Position numbers and translations under genes: made by a program. From NCBI GenBank assembly GCA_052035095.1, contig JBPOHW010000001.1, positions 44,857 through 108,856 on the forward strand: 64,000 nt of DNA, written 5' to 3'. Source of the stretch: Candidatus Moraniibacteriota bacterium. Lineage in GTDB: Bacteria; Patescibacteriota; Minisyncoccia; Moranbacterales; UBA1568. Shown piece after piece: positions 57,706-64,000 of this stretch. The notes below the pieces were generated by a model. That model ran no database searches. It saw only the letters and a list, made by a program, of their open reading frames with translations, and had not been told where the DNA came from. The first letter of the stretch is position 1. Every line of letters starts with the position of its first letter.

Positions 57706-58023
57706 TCATACCTCCAAAATGATACGTTTTTTAAATGCGCCGCGTTCCTCTACTTTTTTTTCTTTGATTTTTTCTATCTCTGTTCCACTGAATCCCTTAT
57801 ATTCAACAATTGCCTCAAGCACTTCCAAAATATCAGCAAGTTCTTCTCTGTTTTCATCTTTCTTGAATTCTTCAACCTCTTCCAATAACTTTTCTTTTAG
57901 CTTTTGCCAGTATTCCGCATCGTCTGCCGTATGTACCATTGGAGCCCTACCCTCCCCTTCAATTATTTCAGGAATTTTATCTCGTACTAGCTTACTCTTT
58001 TTCATTTTCATCTTGTTTTCCAT
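57706..58023 (-). CDS. All-alpha NTP pyrophosphohydrolase (MazG/HisE-like)
   Basis: KLVRDKIPEII, KLLEEVEEF, EELADILEV, K..ERGAF. Confidence 0.85.
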   Translation of the reverse strand: MENKMKMKKSKLVRDKIPEIIEGEGRAPMVHTADDAEYWQKLKEKLLEEVEEFKKDENREELADILEVLEAIVEYKGFSGTEIEKIKEKKVEERGAFKKRIILEV

Positions 58024-58032
58024 ATTATTTTT

Positions 58033-60654
58033 CTATTTTCCACAACACTTCTTATACTTCTTCCCACTGCCACACGGGCAGGGGTCGTTGCGGCCCACTT
58101 TGGGGCCGGCGGACAGGGGTTTTTGTACGACGGATTTTTCTTTTTGGGAAGAGGCGAATGACGGGGACTCTTCGGCGCCGCGATACTCGGCATTCTGCGG
58201 AAGCGTCTCGGTCGGCGCGTTGGGGACGGCCACCATTTTGAAAATCGTCGTGAGATACGTCGTGCGGATACTCTCCAGAAGCACGACGAACATATTGAAC
58301 GCCTCGCGCTTGTACTCGACAAGCGGATCGCGCTGGCCATAGCCCCGCAGCCCTATTCCCTGCCGGAGATAGTCGATCTCGTCGAGATGGTTCATCCACA
58401 AACCGTCGAGCGTCCGCAAGAAAAGTGTCTTCTGCACGTATCCCCACGCGTCTTTTCCGAGCTCCGTTTCCTTTTTCCCATACGCCACCTTCGCCTCTCC
58501 GAGCAATTCATCGAGTGAGGTGGAAATTTTCTCGGGTTGTTCTTTCGAAGCGTCGCGAAGAATCATCTCAAGCCGATCGCGCGTTTTCTTTTCATCGATC
58601 GGAAAGATGTTTTTGGCGTCATTGAGAATCGCCTCCATATCCCACTCGCCTCTTTCGGAAACGGCGTGCGCCGAAAGGGTTTTCTCCAACTCTTCGCCAA
58701 GGAGTCGCAGAGTTTCGTTCTTCATATCGGTCGTCCCGAGAATGGCGCGACGACGGCGGTAGACCACCTCGCGTTGTTTGTTCATCACATCGTCGTATTC
58801 CAAGACATGCTTCCGGATATCAAAATTGAAGCCCTCGATTTTTGTCTGCGCGCTCTCAATCGTCCGTGAAATAAGACCGTTCTGAATCGGTTCGTCTTCC
58901 GGGAGTCGGAGCGTCGTCATCATATTTTTCAGCTTGTCACCGCCAAATCGCCGCATCAGTTCATCTTCGAGCGACACGTAGAACTGCGACATGCCGGGAT
59001 CGCCCTGGCGCCCCGCGCGCCCGCGGAGCTGATTGTCGATGCGCCGCGCCTCGTGGCGTTCGGTGCCGATAATAGAGAGTCCGCCCACCTCGCGCACACC
59101 GGGACCAAGCTTGATGTCTGTGCCGCGCCCTGCCATATTGGTCGCGATCGTGACCGATCCGAGTTGCCCCGCGCGCGCTACGATTGCCGCTTCGCGCTCG
59201 TGATTCTTCGCGTTCAAGACTTCGTGAGGCACGCCCTCGCGCGTCAAAAGCGCGCTCAAATATTCCGATTTCTCAATCGCGATCGTCCCGACCAAAGCGG
59301 GCTGTCCTTTCTCGCGAAGACTCTTGAGTTTTTGTGCGATCGCGCGAAATTTTTCTTCTTCGGTTTTGTAAATGATGTCCGGGAAATCCTTTCGGATCAT
59401 TTTTTTGTTGGTTGGAATTTCAATCGAATCGATTTCATACACCTTGCGAAATTCCTCGGCGGAAGTCATCGCCGTTCCCGTCATACCGGCGAGTTTTTTG
59501 TAGAGACGGAAGTAATTTTGAAACGTGATCGTCGCGAGCGTGCGCGATTCTTTCTGGACGGCGACACTCTCTTTCGCCTCGATCGCTTGATGGAGTCCGT
59601 CACTGTAGCGGCGCCCGATCATGAGACGCCCCGTGAAATCATCAACGATAATGACTTCGCCGTCTTTCACGACATAGTCTCGATCGCGTTTGAAGATCAC
59701 TTCCGCTTTGAGCGACTGCTCCAAGTGATGCACGTACTGCACGCGTCCGGATTCGTAGATATTGCCAATGCCGAGCGACTGTTCCACTTTGGCAATGCCC
59801 GCTTCGGTGATGGACACCGACTTCATTTTTTCGTCCACCGTGTAGTCTTCTCCCACCTTGAGACGAGGGACGATGTGCGCGAATTGTTGATACAGCTTGG
59901 TCGATTCGATGTCCGGCGCCGAAATAATAAGCGGCGTCCGCGCTTCGTCGATCAGTATCGAGTCCACCTCATCCACGATCGCGTAGAACAAGTCGCGCTG
60001 AACCATCTGCTCGGCCGTTTGCACCATATTGTCGCGGAGGTAGTCGAAGCCGAATTCGTTGTTGGTCCCATACGTAATGTCCGCCGTGTACGCTTCACGG
60101 CGAGAAATCGGAATGAGATTCTCGGGCTCGACACTTACTTCGTTCCGATCGATCACGGACGGCGTGTACCGATAGGAAATCCCTTGTTGCAAAATGCACG
60201 CCGTCGTGAGACCGAGCGCGTGATACACCGATCCCATCCAATTGGCATCGCGTTTCGCGAGGTAATCATTCACCGTCACGACGTGGACACCCTTCCCCGC
60301 AAGCGCGTTCAAATAGATCGCCAAGGTCGAGGTAAGCGTCTTCCCTTCCCCCGTTTTCATTTCGGCGATTTTCCCTTGGTGAAGTACGATCCCGCCCATC
60401 ACCTGCACATCGTAGTGTCGCTCGCCGATAACACGCTTCGCCGCTTCCCGCACCACGGCAAACGCTTCCGGCAACAGTTTATCGAGCGAAGCGCCCTTCG
60501 CAATCCGCGCGCGAAACTCGTCCGTTTTCCCTCGAAGCGCCTCATCCGAAAGCGCCTGAATCTTGGACTCAAAGGCATTCACGTTCTCGACGATCGGCTT
60601 CAGTTTCGCGATCACCCGCTCATTCGACCCGAAAATTTTGGCAAAGAGTCCCAT
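58033..60654 (-). CDS. secA: Preprotein translocase SecA
   Basis: EMKTGEGKT, DEVDSILIDEARTPLIIS, ATNMAGRGTDI, RRIDNQLRGRAGRQGDPG, SEC-C motif. Confidence 0.98.
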   Translation of the reverse strand: MGLFAKIFGSNERVIAKLKPIVENVNAFESKIQALSDEALRGKTDEFRARIAKGASLDKLLPEAFAVVREAAKRVIGERHYDVQVMGGIVLHQGKIAEMKTGEGKTLTSTLAIYLNALAGKGVHVVTVNDYLAKRDANWMGSVYHALGLTTACILQQGISYRYTPSVIDRNEVSVEPENLIPISRREAYTADITYGTNNEFGFDYLRDNMVQTAEQMVQRDLFYAIVDEVDSILIDEARTPLIISAPDIESTKLYQQFAHIVPRLKVGEDYTVDEKMKSVSITEAGIAKVEQSLGIGNIYESGRVQYVHHLEQSLKAEVIFKRDRDYVVKDGEVIIVDDFTGRLMIGRRYSDGLHQAIEAKESVAVQKESRTLATITFQNYFRLYKKLAGMTGTAMTSAEEFRKVYEIDSIEIPTNKKMIRKDFPDIIYKTEEEKFRAIAQKLKSLREKGQPALVGTIAIEKSEYLSALLTREGVPHEVLNAKNHEREAAIVARAGQLGSVTIATNMAGRGTDIKLGPGVREVGGLSIIGTERHEARRIDNQLRGRAGRQGDPGMSQFYVSLEDELMRRFGGDKLKNMMTTLRLPEDEPIQNGLISRTIESAQTKIEGFNFDIRKHVLEYDDVMNKQREVVYRRRRAILGTTDMKNETLRLLGEELEKTLSAHAVSERGEWDMEAILNDAKNIFPIDEKKTRDRLEMILRDASKEQPEKISTSLDELLGEAKVAYGKKETELGKDAWGYVQKTLFLRTLDGLWMNHLDEIDYLRQGIGLRGYGQRDPLVEYKREAFNMFVVLLESIRTTYLTTIFKMVAVPNAPTETLPQNAEYRGAEESPSFASSQKEKSVVQKPLSAGPKVGRNDPCPCGSGKKYKKCCGK

Positions 60655-60690
60655 AAAAATAGTGTGCACAAAAACAAGAAAAGCCCCTGT

Positions 60691-60719
60691 ATTCTAGGGG
60701 GAATCGCCGTCGAAGTCAA
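60691..60719 (-). promoter_or_regulatory. Putative secA promoter TTGACT-17-TAGAAT
   Basis: Minus-strand reading TTGACT tcgacggcgattccccc TAGAAT. Confidence 0.6.
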
Positions 60720-60767
60720 AAAACATACCATATAGCAGACGACCGTTACAGGATGGTATGTTTTTTT
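60720..60767. repeat. 48-bp hairpin direct repeat, copy 1
   Basis: AAAACATACCATATAGCAGACGACCGTTACAGGATGGTATGTTTTTTT, identical at 63113-63160. Confidence 0.9.
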
Positions 60768-60973
60768 GATAAGGGAAAATCTCATCTCACCCCCGTCAGA
60801 GTATCTCGAAGAGGACTCTGGCGATTGAAGGCGAACATCCTCCAATTTCCATCAGACTCCCTACGGAGACTCCGACGAGAAAGAATTTCTCCCAGAGAAA
60901 AAACTGGAAACAACCGCATCAAAGGTCACCAGAAAAAATTATCATATTCCCACTTTCTGAAGCTATTTTTTTG

Positions 60974-61170
60974 AACGACCCATCGCCTAAAAGGCGAAGG
61001 AATCCAGTCAGGACTGAAGTCCGTGAGTCTTCCAAGTAACAATAAAATATATAGCGCTTCCTTTTGTGCAATTTTCAGATTTTTTCATACAGATATTTTC
61101 ATGTTTATTTCTCCAAGTTTGTCTTCAGGGTACGGGATCCTTGCTGAAGCCTTCGCCTGAAGGCGAGGGG
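60974..61170. mobile_element. Non-autonomous IS200/IS605-like remnant (two end hairpins, no transposase)
   Basis: TCGCCTAAAAGGCGA and CCTTCGCCTGAAGGCGAGGG subterminal hairpins about 170 bp apart. Confidence 0.5.
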
Positions 61171-61233
61171 ATTAGATCCCCGAGAGAGACTCTAAACTTG
61201 TGCAAATTTGCACGCGCAAAGTCACGGCATGAT

Positions 61234-63018
61234 TCAATTTTTGAGGTTAACTGTAAAAACTTTATCTGGTATTGGTTCAATAACGTCTGAACTATTACCC
61301 ATATCCTGTCTGAGAGTAAAGATTATATATTTTTTATCCCTGACATACTCGCAATCAAAATTATTATATTGATCAGATCCTCTTTGGTCAGAAACATCAA
61401 AAACTTTTTTGCCGTCCGGTAAAGAAAAGACGACCCCCGTTCCATCACCCATGCCCGGAGACATGCAGCCATACACATGCGTATCTCCTTCGGTAAAGCC
61501 AAAATTTTCCATACCACCCATATTTGCCACTTGTCTCTTTTTTATTACATCATAGATGAATACCCCCGACCACTCCCAGCCACCGGCAACATATTTCAGA
61601 TACCTCCCACCTGGAGAGAACTCGGGGTTATGGAATATTTTTACTTGACCTATGTCTTGTTTCTCGAAATCGTTCCCTGCTTTATCAATAATAATCTCAC
61701 TTCCATTTTCAGTGAGAACCATATAATTCTGATCGCCAATACTTTTCACAAAAGCCGTGTATGGTCCAGAAGATACAATTTCACTGGTTATCTCTTCTGA
61801 TGAGAGGGTTTTTAGTTGACCATTAGCTACTTGCATTTTCACATGATAAATAGTGGCCACATTGTTATGTTCTTGATAATCGACATAAAATTCGTAACTA
61901 TTACCGCCTATTTTTTTAAAATCGCGCGGATTCGCTTTCAACGCGTCTTCGTACCATTCCCGGTATTTGGTAAAATCAGCCGGCTTTTGGGAATGCATGG
62001 CATAAGCCTGATCGAGTTGACCGCTCGCAATCAGCCAATAATATTTGCGAATAGTCGTAACACTGGAATCTTCCCCGGAAATCTGACTAAAAATCGGCTG
62101 TGTTAATGTTGCCGGTTTGAATACTTTAATTCCGCTCACAAAATTCTGAAATTCAACACGTTTCTGATTCAATTGCTCTCGTGTTTTGGATTGAATTATA
62201 TCTTTAGTTATTTTCGTCTTGCTTTCTGTAAAAAATTCATCGATATTTGAAAAATTTTCACGAACTAGACCCACGCGATCAAACTCCGCCGAAACAATAA
62301 CGTTATCAAAATACCCATTGATAAGCTTTTTGAAAGAAAGGAATCTAAGATCATACGTGTAAAGCCTGCCGATATTATCCCACTCAAAAAATTGATTTTC
62401 TTTTGTAAGAAGAGTTTTTACTCCGTTACTACAACTAGAATGAATAGTATTCAATAAATCAGGCGTCATCTCTGGATTATAGCGATAGCTATAATTGACA
62501 TTGTAATCGCATATGTTGCCAGTATTTCTCAAGTTCACAACATCGCTCGTCATACCCGATTCATAGTATACGCTTGGTTCATCAATGCCACGCCCGCTTT
62601 TCCCAGAATTCTGGTCATTAAAAATTCGTATGTTGATGTCTTCGTTGTTTTCGAATTTTAGGTCAACAGAATTGTTGTAATATACATTCAGTTTTTCAGC
62701 GTCTTCCTTAAGAGTGGAAAGGCGCGTTATATTTGTCATATATTCCGTAGAGGCTTTACCCCACGAAGAGGGGTAACAAAATTCGATACCAAACGCGTCT
62801 TGTCGATATTCCTTCCAATCTTTTTGACAATTGAGTTGGGAAGCAGATGTCTCAATGTTATCCATTGTTTCATTTATCGAGTTACGGCTTGACTGATTTC
62901 CCGGTAAACTGTTTCCTGATTCTTTATTCTGATCCCAAATCAACGTAAAAAAATAAACAAACACTCCGCCAAGAAGTATGGCGACCATCGCTATCAAAAA
63001 AATTCTTGTTTTTTGCAT
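61234..63018 (-). CDS. Low-GC membrane-anchored extracellular protein (594 aa)
   Basis: N-terminal TM, WKEY...FGIEFCYPSSW (PsbP-like) motif, C-terminal FSPGGRYL propeller-like region; TGnTATAAT upstream. Confidence 0.75.
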   Translation of the reverse strand: MQKTRIFLIAMVAILLGGVFVYFFTLIWDQNKESGNSLPGNQSSRNSINETMDNIETSASQLNCQKDWKEYRQDAFGIEFCYPSSWGKASTEYMTNITRLSTLKEDAEKLNVYYNNSVDLKFENNEDINIRIFNDQNSGKSGRGIDEPSVYYESGMTSDVVNLRNTGNICDYNVNYSYRYNPEMTPDLLNTIHSSCSNGVKTLLTKENQFFEWDNIGRLYTYDLRFLSFKKLINGYFDNVIVSAEFDRVGLVRENFSNIDEFFTESKTKITKDIIQSKTREQLNQKRVEFQNFVSGIKVFKPATLTQPIFSQISGEDSSVTTIRKYYWLIASGQLDQAYAMHSQKPADFTKYREWYEDALKANPRDFKKIGGNSYEFYVDYQEHNNVATIYHVKMQVANGQLKTLSSEEITSEIVSSGPYTAFVKSIGDQNYMVLTENGSEIIIDKAGNDFEKQDIGQVKIFHNPEFSPGGRYLKYVAGGWEWSGVFIYDVIKKRQVANMGGMENFGFTEGDTHVYGCMSPGMGDGTGVVFSLPDGKKVFDVSDQRGSDQYNNFDCEYVRDKKYIIFTLRQDMGNSSDVIEPIPDKVFTVNLKN

Positions 63019-63112
63019 AGGTTTATTTTTCTTTTGCTATAAATTTTTCATTTTTATTTTCCCCTGCCTATGCGAACATTATACCAAACACGAAAAGAAA
63101 AGAAAGACAAGT

Positions 63113-63160
63113 AAAACATACCATATAGCAGACGACCGTTACAGGATGGTATGTTTTTTT
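63113..63160. repeat. 48-bp hairpin direct repeat, copy 2
   Basis: Identical to 60720-60767. Confidence 0.9.
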
Positions 63161-63234
63161 TTGGGAAGAGAAAATCTCGTTAAAAGCATCCTCGCTCGAT
63201 TGCTCCTTCGGAGAAAATCTGTTAGAGTGCTCGC

Positions 63235-64000
63235 ATGAACAGGCTTTCATGGGGGACTTTTTCGGGGTGGCTCAGATCGAAAGACGCGTTTCACGCGGGC
63301 GTCGTTCTCGTGGTCATGCTCCTCAATATGGGCTTTGGGCTTCCGCGGATCGAACCGTATTCGGCTGTAGATGAGCCGTATTGGACGTTTGAACGGACGC
63401 CGGATTTTTGGCGAGCGGTAAGAGGACAAAAGTGGAAGAATACCGACATCAATGACAAGCCGGGCGTCACGGTGGCGGCGCTCTCCGGGTTCGGACTCCT
63501 CACGATCGACCCCATGCCCTACAAGCCCCTCCGCGAAGAACCGAAAACTCCCGAGCAACTCGAAGCGATAAACACGATCAATATCGCCTTCCGCCTTCCG
63601 ATCTTTCTCTCTGCCCTCCTTTCACTCCCCCTCTTCTACTTCCTCATACGGAAAGCGATCAATCGTTCCGTCGCGCTCATCGCCACTCTTTGTATCGGGC
63701 TCTCTCCCATTCTCCTCGGCATTTCCCTCATCATCAATCCCGACTCACTCCTCTGGATATTCCTCCCGCTCGCCATTCTCGCGCGCCTTGCCTATGGCAA
63801 GACGGCGCGCTCACACTACCTGGCGCTTGCCGGTGTTTTGACCGGACTCTCCCTCCTCACCAAATACGTCGCCAATATCCTCTTCGTATTCTTCTTCATC
63901 CTTCCTTTCCTTGAATACATTTTCACCGCGGAAAAGAAGCACGACATTCCCTCTTTTCTCAAACGCGCCCTGCGCGACCTCGCCATCCTCATTGCCCTCT
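63235..64000 (+). CDS. ArnT/PMT-like GT-C membrane glycosyltransferase (partial, runs off window)
   Basis: Own translation MNRLSWG...SAVDEPYW...INDKPGV...FRLP...INPD...LLTKY. Confidence 0.8.
   Translation, partial: MNRLSWGTFSGWLRSKDAFHAGVVLVVMLLNMGFGLPRIEPYSAVDEPYWTFERTPDFWRAVRGQKWKNTDINDKPGVTVAALSGFGLLTIDPMPYKPLREEPKTPEQLEAINTINIAFRLPIFLSALLSLPLFYFLIRKAINRSVALIATLCIGLSPILLGISLIINPDSLLWIFLPLAILARLAYGKTARSHYLALAGVLTGLSLLTKYVANILFVFFFILPFLEYIFTAEKKHDIPSFLKRALRDLAILIAL

Noticed and set aside
56708-60735. 544-aa and 560-aa + strand ORFs
   Set aside because: Antisense shadows of the HAD/MazG genes and secA.
1-64000. CRISPR array or cas genes
   Set aside because: No regularly spaced repeat-spacer units. 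The repeats seen are palindromic, heptameric or att-like.

Overview
A 64-kb chromosomal segment with gene content typical of a Patescibacteria/CPR (Parcubacteria-like) bacterium using genetic code 11. The taxonomy is inferred from gene content. 1-13 kb is a minus-strand surface-glycan locus (flippase, GT4s, GT2, GT-C-like membrane protein, UDP-sugar dehydrogenase). It unexpectedly contains a divergent RtcB ligase, a TMK-like kinase and YjbQ, and is interrupted by counter-oriented orphan genes. 13-37 kb holds housekeeping and envelope genes (VirD4-like ATPase, FtsB, PrsA, two HtrA, CIRCE-groES, miaA, dnaE, rpmF, nusB, rnc, proS, pyrH). 39-43.5 kb is a Gld-like ABC system. 43.7-52.3 kb is an integration hotspot at tRNA-Gln(CTG). 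It contains a 3.96-kb element encoding an HUH rolling-circle Rep and a large serine recombinase whose own C-terminus appears split by integration. Two further orphan copies of that att/C-terminus arm bracket cargo genes in a cassette-like array, and a GIY-YIG gene sits beside hairpin-interrupted tRNA pseudocopies. The rest contains ftsXE, frameshifted prfB, tRNA-Thr, a nucleotide-hydrolase cluster, secA and a direct-repeat-flanked insert. Many small palindromic or heptamer repeat families are scattered throughout, some in-frame inside genes. All calls come from reading motifs by eye; no searches were run.
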